NCBI GenBank assembly: GCA_016840085.1
Contig: JAEOTA010000058.1
Location: forward strand, 1 to 64,000
Length of the DNA: 64,000 nt
Direction: 5' to 3'
From: Promethearchaeota archaeon
GTDB lineage: Archaea > Asgardarchaeota > Lokiarchaeia > Sigyniarchaeales > SOKP01
Both the position numbers and the translations under genes were made by a program. Below the pieces are notes generated by a model that did not search any database, was not told where the DNA came from, and was given only the letters and a program-made list of their open reading frames with translations. This document shows, one piece after another, positions 52,253 to 61,923 of the stretch. How positions within the stretch are numbered: the stretch's first letter is position 1; each line of letters opens with the position of its first letter.

Positions 52253-53274
52253 TCTTTCAATTCACCTCCATTTTTGTTATCATCTTCATCTACTAGACTT
52301 ATATACAAATCTTCTAACCGAGAAGTGCGGTCTTTGCTAAATCCGACAATTGGAAGTCTCATGTCTATAGATAAAATTTCGTGAATTTTCTTAAGAGATA
52401 ACGGTGTCCCATTGTAAAATATATTGAAACCAGGAAGAACTTCATCGTATGTGACAAAATTTTTAGCCCCATTTTCGCAATATTGTTCAATTTTATTCCT
52501 GATTTCATTTACTACTTTATCAACTTGTGAAAATTCGAGTGGCTCAAAAAGTTCGCATTGGATTTGCTTTTTAGTCATTTTCTGTTCTAAATTGATTAGA
52601 GTGTCCGCTGCAATTAAATTTCCACGATTAATTATGACTATTCGATCACAGACTTCTGATATTTCATACAATAGATGAGACGAGAGAAAAATTGTTTTCC
52701 CCATTTTTTTCAATTTTTGCAAGATATTTCGAACTAGAATGCGTCCTGAAGGATCCAAACCTGTTTGAGGTTCGTCAAGAACAAGCAAATCAGGATCATG
52801 TACTAGTGCCTGTGCAAGTCCTAACCTTTGAACCATTCCTTTTGAAAATTCTTTTATGATTTTGTTTTTCCATTTTGACATTTCAACAACATCAAGCGCC
52901 CAGTCTACTCGTTTTTCAATAATATCTTTAGATAATCCTAATAAACGACAATAATAACGAAGTATCTGATTTGGGGTTACTTGTCCGTAAAAGGCGGGCA
53001 AATCAATTAAAAAACCAATTTGTTTAAAAAGATCAGCTGGTTTTTTCTTTATATCAATTAAGTCCCCATTATGATTATATATTTCGATTTTGCCACTCGT
53101 CGGTTTAATTAATCCGCCTAACATTTTCATAGTTGTTGTTTTCCCTGCTCCATTGGGACCGACAAATCCTAAGATTTCACCTTCATAAATTTCCAAATTT
53201 AAATTATTTACTGCCATTAAATCATGGAACCTTTTACTAAGGTTCGTGAACTTTACTATAGTTTTATTTGACAT
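52249..53274 (-). CDS. ABC-2 type ATP-binding protein
   Basis: GPNGAGKTT, FSKGMVQR, LDEP.TGLDP, SSH. Confidence 0.95.
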   Translation of the reverse strand: MSNKTIVKFTNLSKRFHDLMAVNNLNLEIYEGEILGFVGPNGAGKTTTMKMLGGLIKPTSGKIEIYNHNGDLIDIKKKPADLFKQIGFLIDLPAFYGQVTPNQILRYYCRLLGLSKDIIEKRVDWALDVVEMSKWKNKIIKEFSKGMVQRLGLAQALVHDPDLLVLDEPQTGLDPSGRILVRNILQKLKKMGKTIFLSSHLLYEISEVCDRIVIINRGNLIAADTLINLEQKMTKKQIQCELFEPLEFSQVDKVVNEIRNKIEQYCENGAKNFVTYDEVLPGFNIFYNGTPLSLKKIHEILSIDMRLPIVGFSKDRTSRLEDLYISLVDEDDNKNGGELKE

Positions 53275-53529
53275 ATTTACTACAAATCGTTATTTTTAAT
53301 TTTGAATACTATAGGCTTGTATTTCCAAAAGAGAAATTAGAAGTATCGTAATATTTAACTTATGGAATCCAATTTTTCTATTTTCAGTTTTGTGAATTAA
53401 ATCAATTAGAACCTTAATTAGAATCTTAGGAAAACAAAATTTCTAAAAGAGAATTTTTAGAGTTAAAATTTCTCTCATGAAATTTAAAATTTTTCTGAGA
53501 GGTTGATTAACTTTTCTTCAATTAGCAGA

Positions 53530-53564
53530 AAAGGTAAATTCAGAGTCTGATTTCAATGAAAATT
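53530..53564. repeat. 35-bp direct repeat, left copy
   Basis: AAAGGTAAATTCAGAGTCTGATTTcaATGAAAATT; 33/35 identical to 54553-54587. Confidence 0.85.
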
Positions 53565-53648
53565 CCTATGAAAAAAAGAAACTCACATTTTTTCATGAAA
53601 TTTTTGCTTAATAAATGGAATAATTATTAAAAATGATGTTACATAGGT

Positions 53649-54479
53649 ATGAATATGAACCGTATCCAAATCAAAGCTCGCGGATTTACGTTTGATGCCT
53701 GGTCAGATGGGCCGGAAGAGGGGCCCTTGCTACTGTTATTGCATGGTTTGCCCCGAACGAGCTGGGAGTGGCACCATCAACTGCCGAAATTAGCTGAGGC
53801 TGGGTTCCGAACTGTTGTGCCTGATCTGAGGGGTTATTGTCCGGGTGCGCGACCTGAAGGTGTGGAGGCATATGTTGTAGATGAGTTTGTCGAAGATATA
53901 CTGGCAATTGCCGATCAGCTTGGATGGGGGGATCGACCATTTCATCTTATGGGTACCAGTATCGGCTCAGTGGTTGCATGGTGTATTGCCGGAGAGTATC
54001 CACAGCGGGTAGCGACGCTGGCTTGCATCAACATTCCACATCCTATGGCAATTGTTGAGGTGATGGCGACAGAGGCGGCGGATAAACAACGACAAAAGAT
54101 GAGTTATTTTTCTAATTTCAGAAAAGAGGGCAATCAATTGAAAATGTTTGAGTCTACCCTTAAACGCATGGAATTGCCGGCCGAAGAGACCGACCCGTAT
54201 CGTGAGGCGCTCAGCAGCGAAGAAGCGCTTCGGGCCATTTTTCACTGGTATCGGGTACTTAAAATTCCACCACTAAAACCGGTTGTCATGCCCACTCTGT
54301 ACATTTGGCCCCGAAAGGCAGGTAATGTTTCCCGGGAGGCGGCTGAAGCAAATGCGCATTATGTTGAAGCACCGTATCGATTCGAGATCCTCGAAGTTGC
54401 GCGCAATTTCGCACTTCAAATGGAGCCTGAAAAGATAACCCATCTATTGCTTGAGCATCTGGCTGAACACGCTCAATAA
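53649..54479 (+). CDS. Epoxide-hydrolase-like alpha/beta hydrolase, GC-rich (recent HGT), atypical triad
   Basis: 'LLHGLP...W.HQL..LA.AGF..V.PDLRGY', nucleophile elbow GTSIG; about 50% GC versus about 30% in flanks. Confidence 0.88.
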   Translation: MNMNRIQIKARGFTFDAWSDGPEEGPLLLLLHGLPRTSWEWHHQLPKLAEAGFRTVVPDLRGYCPGARPEGVEAYVVDEFVEDILAIADQLGWGDRPFHLMGTSIGSVVAWCIAGEYPQRVATLACINIPHPMAIVEVMATEAADKQRQKMSYFSNFRKEGNQLKMFESTLKRMELPAEETDPYREALSSEEALRAIFHWYRVLKIPPLKPVVMPTLYIWPRKAGNVSREAAEANAHYVEAPYRFEILEVARNFALQMEPEKITHLLLEHLAEHAQ

Positions 54480-54526
54480 AACTATGCGTTGAACATTGGC
54501 TTGGTTCGAGCCTTTTTAAATTTTGT

Positions 54527-54548
54527 CCCAATTTCATAGGAAATTGGG
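54527..54548. other. Perfect 9-bp hairpin downstream of the GC-rich gene
   Basis: CCCAATTTC-ATAG-GAAATTGGG. Confidence 0.6.
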
Positions 54549-54552
54549 TTGG

Positions 54553-54587
54553 AAAGGTAAATTCAGAGTCTGATTTTCATGAAAATT
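54553..54587. repeat. 35-bp direct repeat, right copy
   Basis: AAAGGTAAATTCAGAGTCTGATTTtcATGAAAATT. Confidence 0.85.
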
Positions 54588-54678
54588 TATTTGAAATAAA
54601 TCTTATTTTCTTGGATGGCAAAATCAAAGTCTGACACTAAAATTTTTAAATTTACTTATATCATAGAAATTTAGTGAG

Positions 54679-55650
54679 ATGATATTTTCAGAAAGCGAGA
54701 TTGAAAATATTTTAAGATATTATGATGTTGGTTCATTGGTTAAATTCAAGGGAAAATTAGACAATGGGTTTCAGAGTGAAAATTTTCATATTTTGACTGA
54801 GAGAGGGGATTTTGTCGTCAGAGTTATATATGATACTGAAAAAAACATAAAGATATGCATGAGAGTATATGAATATTTAGCTAGAAATGGTATTAAGACA
54901 CCAAATCCTATGAGTAACAAAGAAAATGCTCTCTTTTTGTCATATAAAGAGCAGTTTGTCGTTATCCAAACTTTTCTGGAGGGAAGCGATGAATCTAATA
55001 TCAAAAAAATAAATCAACTGCTACCCTTTTTTGGAAAAAAATTAGGAAAAATACACTATATCTCAAAAAAAATGGTTGATGAGCTCGGAAAAGAAATTTT
55101 CGTTAGAGATCAAGATACCATAACAGCTGTTAGAAATATGGCAAGGAGATATATGGTAAAGGATGATTATATCTATAACCAGTATAAGGAATGGGAGAAA
55201 GAAATAGAAAAGTTACCAGCTCATTTATTAACTAAGGCGGTTATTCATGGGGATATCGGACCTAAAGACTTTTTCTTTAAAAAGGGAATCTTTACGGGAA
55301 TAATGGATTTTAATGCTGCGGGATATGACTGTTTGCTCTTTGACATCGCTCCGATGATGATGTATTGCGGATTATATCATCCAAAAAGAATTGAAGATTA
55401 TATTAGATTTGTTCACGCTTATTTGGAAGAGTCTCCTGTCAAAAAAGAAGAATTTAAATGGTTATATCTTATTCTTAAGACAAGATGGTTAGGGCAAATT
55501 TTTTATCATCAGTATAGATATGCAGAGGGAATCACAAGAGGTCTGGATACAAATAACAGAGAAGAGAATCTACAAGGAGTGGAAGATGGGAAGTATTTTT
55601 TAAAAATATTAGAACAATTTTCACATGATGATTTTTTTACAGTATTATAG
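54679..55650 (+). CDS. APH/type II homoserine kinase family phosphotransferase
   Basis: 'G.QSENF...T..G.FV.R', 'LGKIH', 'IHGDIG..D', 'GIMDF', 'FDIA'. Confidence 0.85.
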   Translation: MIFSESEIENILRYYDVGSLVKFKGKLDNGFQSENFHILTERGDFVVRVIYDTEKNIKICMRVYEYLARNGIKTPNPMSNKENALFLSYKEQFVVIQTFLEGSDESNIKKINQLLPFFGKKLGKIHYISKKMVDELGKEIFVRDQDTITAVRNMARRYMVKDDYIYNQYKEWEKEIEKLPAHLLTKAVIHGDIGPKDFFFKKGIFTGIMDFNAAGYDCLLFDIAPMMMYCGLYHPKRIEDYIRFVHAYLEESPVKKEEFKWLYLILKTRWLGQIFYHQYRYAEGITRGLDTNNREENLQGVEDGKYFLKILEQFSHDDFFTVL

Positions 55651-55732
55651 AACAGGGTTAAAAATTTTTAATTAATTGAATTTCGAATAAGAAAAGGTTC
55701 AAAAAAAAAAATACAATTTAAGAATTACATTT

Positions 55733-56902
55733 TCAAGATTTCTTTATTTTTTTGCTTATAAGGATTGCTACAAAGGATAGAACACCAAGTAGAATGAATA
55801 CATTATATCCTGGAATTATACCATCTCCATTATCATCTCCTTCTTCAGGAAGAAGTGGACACTTCATTAGTGGAAAATTATCCTGAGAACCTTCTGTACT
55901 TGTAACATTATATGGCGTATCCCCTATACCGTCATCATTAGCATCTACACCATTGTAATCATCCCAATAATTACCAATAGTTCCATTGTCCCATTGGTTA
56001 TCTATTCCACTATCCCTAGCATTTAATCCATTCCCGATAAAACAGTTTTTGTTTACAAGGTTTTCATCGCTCCTATCTGATAGGGATATCCCAGTTTCAC
56101 TATTATCGTTTGTGATATTTTCCGAGAGGGTATTATTATTGCAATAATCATCTAAATGTATCCCTTCATTAGAATTCTTATGTGCGGTGTTTCTCGAGAG
56201 AGTGTTGAAATTACATCTTAACCATAATAATATTCCACGATCTCTATTGTCATTCACGATATTTCCTGAGATGGTATTATAACTACAGCGATCTTTAAAT
56301 GTAATTCCTACATTATTATTTTTTAAAGTATTTCCTATAATAATATTAACATCACAATTTGAGTCAAGTCTAATCCCCGCCCAGACATTGTCGTTTACTC
56401 TACAATTCGAAATTGTATTATTATCACAATCATTATAGAGAAATATTCCATGCCTGTTGTTATTTGAACAGGTATTATTTATCAAAATTCCGTAATTTGT
56501 GTATTCCAATCGGATCCCTGCGTCATTTGTCTCATTACCCGCATTGTAAACAGAGCAATTTCTGATTATAAAATCCTCATTTTTGGAATTTTGTATAAAA
56601 ATCCCACTTCCCGTCGGTGAACCATTGGCGTCAATTATAACGTTTTCAATAACATAAAATCCATTGACAAAAGTACACCATGGTTTTATAAGAGTTTCTG
56701 TCCAATTACCATCAATATGTATAAAAGATTCGATATAAGTTACAGATAATTTCAGGCTTTTTAAATTAGTCTCATATTGAATTTCTATGGTTCCATCATT
56801 ATTCCCTTGATCGTCAATGATATTAAAATTGCTAATGGTCGATACTGCGAAAATCATCCCGAAAACTATTATAGTCATTTTTATTTTGTTTTTATTTCTC
56901 AT
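55733..56902 (-). CDS. Beta-helix (NosD-like) surface protein, 7 repeats, Loki-CTERM-type anchor
   Basis: Same N-cap ('YVIENV.ID'), C-cap ('WDNGTIGNYWDDY.GVDANDDGIGDTPY') and 'IPGYNVFILLG' tail. Confidence 0.9.
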   Translation of the reverse strand: MRNKNKIKMTIIVFGMIFAVSTISNFNIIDDQGNNDGTIEIQYETNLKSLKLSVTYIESFIHIDGNWTETLIKPWCTFVNGFYVIENVIIDANGSPTGSGIFIQNSKNEDFIIRNCSVYNAGNETNDAGIRLEYTNYGILINNTCSNNNRHGIFLYNDCDNNTISNCRVNDNVWAGIRLDSNCDVNIIIGNTLKNNNVGITFKDRCSYNTISGNIVNDNRDRGILLWLRCNFNTLSRNTAHKNSNEGIHLDDYCNNNTLSENITNDNSETGISLSDRSDENLVNKNCFIGNGLNARDSGIDNQWDNGTIGNYWDDYNGVDANDDGIGDTPYNVTSTEGSQDNFPLMKCPLLPEEGDDNGDGIIPGYNVFILLGVLSFVAILISKKIKKS

Positions 56903-56935
56903 TATATTTCACCCAAAATTTATTGGATTAAGTAT

Positions 56936-56969
56936 AAAATTGACAATTATGTATTTAACACTTTTGTAT
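56936..56969 (-). promoter_or_regulatory. Conserved 34-bp promoter/operator, copy 3
   Basis: Identical to copies 1 and 2, at the same 33-nt distance from the start codon. Confidence 0.75.
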
Positions 56970-57313
56970 GTAATTCACATATTAAATATTCTTGCAGAAA
57001 ATCCAAAAACACCCATATTAAAAGTATAAGTGGTATATTTCATATATGAAATGCCTAACACTTATCTTGCTAATATTTAATAGAATAGGTGTGTGAATTT
57101 ATTTAAATCCAATACCTAAATTTTGTAACCCCCCAAATTTTAAATGTTGAATGTGAACTCGCCCAAAATATCGCTAAAAAATTAAAGGAAATATAACTTT
57201 AAAAATAGAAAGAATAATCCTTAGGAATATATAAATGTCTCAAACTAACTAAAATTCTGATTAGATAAATTAAATGAATAAAAAGAAAAAATAAATTAAA
57301 AAAATGTTTAGAT

Positions 57314-58999
57314 TTACATCATACCAGGAGGAAGACCTCCCATCCCTCCCATACCAGGCGGCATACCGCCCATCCCTCCCATCCCTCCACCAGGAGGCAT
57401 TGGGGGCATTGCAGACTTCGCGCTAGCGATGATATCATCGATTCGCAAAATCATGGAGGTTGCTTCGGTGCTACTTTTAATAGCTTGAGCTTTGACGATG
57501 GTTGGTTCGACAACACCAATTTTCATCATATCAACAATAACATCTCCAGTATCTAAGTCGTGTCCCGCGAATTTATTTCCTTGTTGATGAGAAGCTCGTA
57601 ATTTCATTAATGTATCAATTTGGTCTAGGCCTGCGTTTTCAGCTAAGGTTTTTGGGATGATATCAAGTGAATCAGCAAATACTTCAACCGCAAGTTGTTC
57701 ACGTCCACCTAATGTAGAGGCATATTCTCTTAATTGAATCGCAGTCTCGATTTCTGGAGCGCCACCACCGCCAACAATTTTTTGATCTTCTACCACATCT
57801 CGAATTACGCAAAGTGCATCGTGAATTGCTCTCTCAACTTCATCAACGACAAGTTCAGTTCCTCCTCTAATGAGAATTACAACTGATTTCGGATCTTTAC
57901 ATTCTTCAATAAAAATCCAACTGTCGTTCATTATTTTTCGTTCTTCTACCACTCCAGCATATCCTAGCTTTTCTGGAGTCACATCATCAAGATTTGTAAA
58001 GATCATACCACCAGTAGCTTTTGAGAGTTTTTCTATATCTGATTTCTTAACTCGCCTTATTGCCATAATTCCCGCTTTTGAAAGAAAATGTTGTGCGAGA
58101 TCATCAATTCCTTTTTGACAAATGACGACGTTAGTTTCAGATTTTTCAATTTTTTCAACCATAGTTCTTAACATTTTTTCTTCTTCATCTAAGAATTGCT
58201 GAATTTGCTCTGGACTGGTAATTTGAAGTTTAGCATCGAATTCTGTTTTTTCTATTTCAATCGCGCTTTGTAAGAGTAAGATTTTTGCGTCTTTTACGAT
58301 TTTTGGCATTCCGGGACTTACAACCTCTTTGTCAAGAATAATACCTTTGATTAATCCCGTATCATCAATTGAATCTCCCTCTTTCTTCTGAATTTGGACT
58401 TTATCAATGTCGGCAACCCATTTACCATTATCATCTTTTTCGGCAATTGCTTTAATAGCATCCATACAAATTTGAGCTAACATTTCTTTTGATTCTGAAA
58501 CGATTTTAGACGACATACACGTCATTGCTACGTTTTTTAATCCTTCTTCGTCATCAATACCGCTTTTTACAGACATATTATCAAGTATTTCAATTGCTTT
58601 ATCTGCTGCTTTACGAAAACCTTCAGTGATTACTGTAGGGTGAATCTTTTGCTCTATAAGTTTCTTGGCTCTTTTTAATAATTCACCAGCAAGAATAACT
58701 GATGTTGTTGTTCCATCGCCAACTTCAGAATCTTGAGTTTTTGCGACTTCAACCATCATTTTAGCAGCAGGGTGTTGAACATCGATTTCCTTTAATATAG
58801 TAGCGCCATCGTTGGTTATAACAACATCTCCGAATTGGTCAACTAACATTTTATCCATTCCCATAGGCCCAAGTGAAGTTCGGACAGCTTCTGCAATTAC
58901 AATAGCAGCTGCAATGTTATTCGACATTGCATCACGCCCACGTTGTCGTTCAGTTCCTTCTTTCATAATAAGAACAGGTGTTCCACCAAGTTGTGCCAT
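57314..58999 (-). CDS. Thermosome (group II chaperonin) subunit
   Basis: '[10 protein letters not shown]', 'TNDGATIL', 'GDGTTTS', GGM-rich tail. Confidence 0.98.
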   Translation of the reverse strand: MAQLGGTPVLIMKEGTERQRGRDAMSNNIAAAIVIAEAVRTSLGPMGMDKMLVDQFGDVVITNDGATILKEIDVQHPAAKMMVEVAKTQDSEVGDGTTTSVILAGELLKRAKKLIEQKIHPTVITEGFRKAADKAIEILDNMSVKSGIDDEEGLKNVAMTCMSSKIVSESKEMLAQICMDAIKAIAEKDDNGKWVADIDKVQIQKKEGDSIDDTGLIKGIILDKEVVSPGMPKIVKDAKILLLQSAIEIEKTEFDAKLQITSPEQIQQFLDEEEKMLRTMVEKIEKSETNVVICQKGIDDLAQHFLSKAGIMAIRRVKKSDIEKLSKATGGMIFTNLDDVTPEKLGYAGVVEERKIMNDSWIFIEECKDPKSVVILIRGGTELVVDEVERAIHDALCVIRDVVEDQKIVGGGGAPEIETAIQLREYASTLGGREQLAVEVFADSLDIIPKTLAENAGLDQIDTLMKLRASHQQGNKFAGHDLDTGDVIVDMMKIGVVEPTIVKAQAIKSSTEATSMILRIDDIIASAKSAMPPMPPGGGMGGMGGMPPGMGGMGGLPPGMM

Positions 59000-59200
59000 T
59001 TTTAATTTTTCACCTTGTTTGTAAATTTTATTTTGAATATTTTTTTTGAATTTAAAATTATACTTATTTATTTATATAGATCTCTAAGTCATAAAATTAA
59101 AAAAGTTTTCGTATTTTTTAAAATTTAAGGGAGCAATAGCAGTTAAATTGTCTTTTCTTAATAAGAAGTAATAATCTTTAGTTATGAGGATTGTATTAGA

Positions 59201-59362
59201 TCATTTAGTAAGTTCTCTTCTTTTTAGTCGTATATCTTTTCCATGGCATCTTCTACATTTTTTGGCTCTAATTGGGTTCAAGGCACCACATCGTCTACAA
59301 ACTGATTTTTCCAATAGGTGGTATCTCGCTATTCTGCGTTTCACTGGATCGTCAATCGGCAT
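59201..59362 (-). CDS. rpl40e: 50S ribosomal protein L40e (not in ORF track)
   Basis: Manual translation: MPIDDPVKRRIARYHLLEKSVCRRCGALNPIRAKKCRRCHGKDIRLKKRELTK*. Confidence 0.93.
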   Translation of the reverse strand: MPIDDPVKRRIARYHLLEKSVCRRCGALNPIRAKKCRRCHGKDIRLKRRELTK

Positions 59363-59550
59363 TTTTACTCAGTCTTTATGTTTTTTACTTTGAAATGTAA
59401 CTTACTTATTAACCTATCAAGAATGATTTCTAAAACATGCGATTCCAAATAAAATTTATGATTAAATAAATGTAGAATAAGATAAAATTAAAATTCTATA
59501 ATGAATAGATCTATCTATCAATTATCATGTCTAAATTTTATTGAAAAATT

Positions 59551-59745
59551 ATGCCTAGAGAAATATTTGATGAAGAAAAGTTCTTAGAATTATCAGAATA
59601 CGCGATTCATTGTCGTGTAAAGCGGTTAAAAGATTTTGTGAAATTGAAACTAAGGACAAAGAAAATTCTTTATACATATAAAACAGATCCACTATCCGCA
59701 GAGAGATTATTACGAAATATTAGTTGTGATATAATAGAATTATGA
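59551..59745 (+). CDS. rpl38e: Ribosomal protein L38e
   Basis: 'MPREI.D..KFLE...RVK...VKLKLRT...LYT.K....AE.L' eL38 pattern. Confidence 0.85.
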   Translation: MPREIFDEEKFLELSEYAIHCRVKRLKDFVKLKLRTKKILYTYKTDPLSAERLLRNISCDIIEL

Positions 59746-59847
59746 AATTATGATTCTACGAATTATAATACTTTTTATTTTCTATATAATTGGAGAAAAC
59801 TACACTAATTAACAAAGTTAATTTAAATAACCTTAAACTGAGAAATC

Positions 59848-60768
59848 ATGATTCAATCTCTCTATATTTTTCAAAGCGCTTCGAAAAATATCTTATATAA
59901 TAAGAATTTCCAGAGCGATGAAAAGATGGAAATGTTTAGTTCTTTTTTTTCAGCATTACAAACTTTTGTGTCTGAGTTAACATTGAGTCGCACAGATTCA
60001 TTAAACACAATTGAATTAGGGGAATATTTTGTTCTAATTACCAGCATTCCTGAGATAATGTCTGATTTGGTAATAATTGTTGATAAAGCAGATATAAAGG
60101 AGGTGCAAAAACTAATCCCAAAAATAATAAATATTGTATTAAGTCATCAAGATTTATTTATTAATTGGGACCAAGAGCCAGAAAAGCTTGAAATGTTTGA
60201 TTTAAAGATAATACAACTGATTCTCTCAAATAAAAAATTGATCTCTGAATCTTCTTTAACTGCTAACCAAAGTGCTATATTAAAATCAATCTGGGAACAA
60301 AAAGGAACCTTATCTGAGCAATTACGAGAGAATTTGTTAAAAGAAATGGAAGAACTTAATGAAAAAAATTTAACTGAGGAAAATTATCTAAATAAATACA
60401 ACATTTCTATGAAATTAATTGATATTTCGGAGAAACTTAGGGATGATGAAAGATTTATTGAGTATCAAACAGAAGCAAAATCGATTAAAGATGAGATTAA
60501 AGATCGAAGACTTAGGTTACAATACTATTTAGACAAACTTAAAGAATCTTTAGAATATTCTAAGTATGCAGAAACTTATTCTTATCTTTATTCTTTTTGT
60601 ATGAAACTCCAAAATTTTGTTGAACCTGAAATTATTGAAAACTATAAAACACTTGCGAAAACCTTGTTTAATAGAAAAAAAATTCCTAGAGAAGAATTTA
60701 AGAAAGTGCTTAAAGAAATTTCAATGATAGAGGAAAATATTACTCAGGTGTTTTCTTTAAACCTATAA
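59848..60768 (+). CDS. Longin-like domain plus helical (TPR-like) region
   Basis: 'MIQSLYIF...ILY.K.F...MFSSFFSALQTFVSEL...LNTIELG' followed by amphipathic helices. Confidence 0.6.
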   Translation: MIQSLYIFQSASKNILYNKNFQSDEKMEMFSSFFSALQTFVSELTLSRTDSLNTIELGEYFVLITSIPEIMSDLVIIVDKADIKEVQKLIPKIINIVLSHQDLFINWDQEPEKLEMFDLKIIQLILSNKKLISESSLTANQSAILKSIWEQKGTLSEQLRENLLKEMEELNEKNLTEENYLNKYNISMKLIDISEKLRDDERFIEYQTEAKSIKDEIKDRRLRLQYYLDKLKESLEYSKYAETYSYLYSFCMKLQNFVEPEIIENYKTLAKTLFNRKKIPREEFKKVLKEISMIEENITQVFSLNL

Positions 60769-60983
60769 TTCCTTTATTAGAAAATTTCTATAACATTTGG
60801 TTTTTTTCATATCACCTAATGCGTTAATTATTTAGATTCAAATCTTATTTAAATAAGGAGTTATGAATTGATAACATAAAATTAATTAAATATTATTAAT
60901 AGAGATCAATTACATCACGCTAAATCAAAAACAATATAAAAGAATATTATTAAATCCGATTAATTTAATCTGGTCTGTTAATA

Positions 60984-61496
60984 ATGAAAGTTCTTCCTGC
61001 TGATAAGACATGTATTAATTCTGGATTTTTATGTTCTAATTGTCAGGCTAGACTTGATGCTGGTGAAATAACAGAATTTGAGATTGATTTAGCAAGAGGG
61101 TTAATTGAATTAGAGGAAGAAAATGAAAAATTTGCTTTCTTAAAGGATATTTCTTTCTATAAAGCAATAGATTATGAAGACGTTATTATAATTGTCATTG
61201 GGAAGAAGGATAAGCTAAAATTTACCCCGGAATTAATAGATTGGATAAAGGAAACATACGAAATAGATGAAATAATTTTAGTTGAGAAAACAAATAAACC
61301 GCGACCTGTTGTAGAAGCGTTAATCGCACCTAATAAACTAGTCTCATTAAATGAAATCTTCTTAGCAACTGGAGATATTCAATTTAGAGCAGTGCTATGG
61401 GAAGAGGATAAAGAAAATTTTTTATTTACTAAGGAAGAACTTGAAGAGTTAATTCTTGAATTAACTGGGAATATTACTAGAGTAGAATTTGAATAA
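60984..61496 (+). CDS. Archaeal NusA-like KH-domain protein
   Basis: N-terminal '(D)xxC..SG.LC..C...L..GEI' Zn motif and 'ALIAP'; upstream of pth2-truD as is common in archaea. Confidence 0.7.
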   Translation: MKVLPADKTCINSGFLCSNCQARLDAGEITEFEIDLARGLIELEEENEKFAFLKDISFYKAIDYEDVIIIVIGKKDKLKFTPELIDWIKETYEIDEIILVEKTNKPRPVVEALIAPNKLVSLNEIFLATGDIQFRAVLWEEDKENFLFTKEELEELILELTGNITRVEFE

Positions 61497-61543
61497 TTAG
61501 TAATATTTAATTAGCTAAATTCTTAATATTTAATAGATTTACC

Positions 61544-61900
61544 GTGGAAGAATATAAACAAGTAATTTTAATAAGAACAGATCTTAAAATGGGAACTGGT
61601 AAAAAATGTGCCCAATCATGTCATGCTAGTGTTTCTGCTTCAGATCTAGTTCGAATCCATAATAAATCCGCTTGGAAGAATTGGAAGAATTCTGGACAGA
61701 AAAAAGTTGTCCTTAAAATTCAATCCATGGATCAATTAAAAGAATTAGTAATGAAACTTGAATCAACTAAAATCCCACATTTTATTGTTAATGATGCAGG
61801 ATTGACTCAACTAACCCCCGGAACAACAACAGCTGTAGGTATTGGACCTGTCTTATCGAAAGAGATTGATAAAGTAACCGGAGAACTAAAATTATTATAA
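61544..61900 (+). CDS. pth2: Peptidyl-tRNA hydrolase Pth2
   Basis: '[15 protein letters not shown]', 'GQKKVVL', 'DAGLTQL.PGT.T.VGIGP', 'TG.LKLL'. Confidence 0.97.
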   Translation: MEEYKQVILIRTDLKMGTGKKCAQSCHASVSASDLVRIHNKSAWKNWKNSGQKKVVLKIQSMDQLKELVMKLESTKIPHFIVNDAGLTQLTPGTTTAVGIGPVLSKEIDKVTGELKLL

Positions 61901-61923
61901 TAGTAAAAGTATAGGCTAAAAAT

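Noticed and set aside
54460-54560. Classical integron attC site after the GC-rich gene
   Set aside because: GTTGAAC fits GTTRRRY, but there is no well-paired RYYYAAC or L-box structure and no integrase in the window.
49155-55650. Aminoglycoside resistance island (AAC(3) + APH-like + ABC exporter)
   Set aside because: AAC(3) is truncated, the kinase looks like the general APH/homoserine kinase II type, and the genes are not co-organised.
59184-59393. 69-aa plus-strand ORF
   Set aside because: Antisense of rpl40e.
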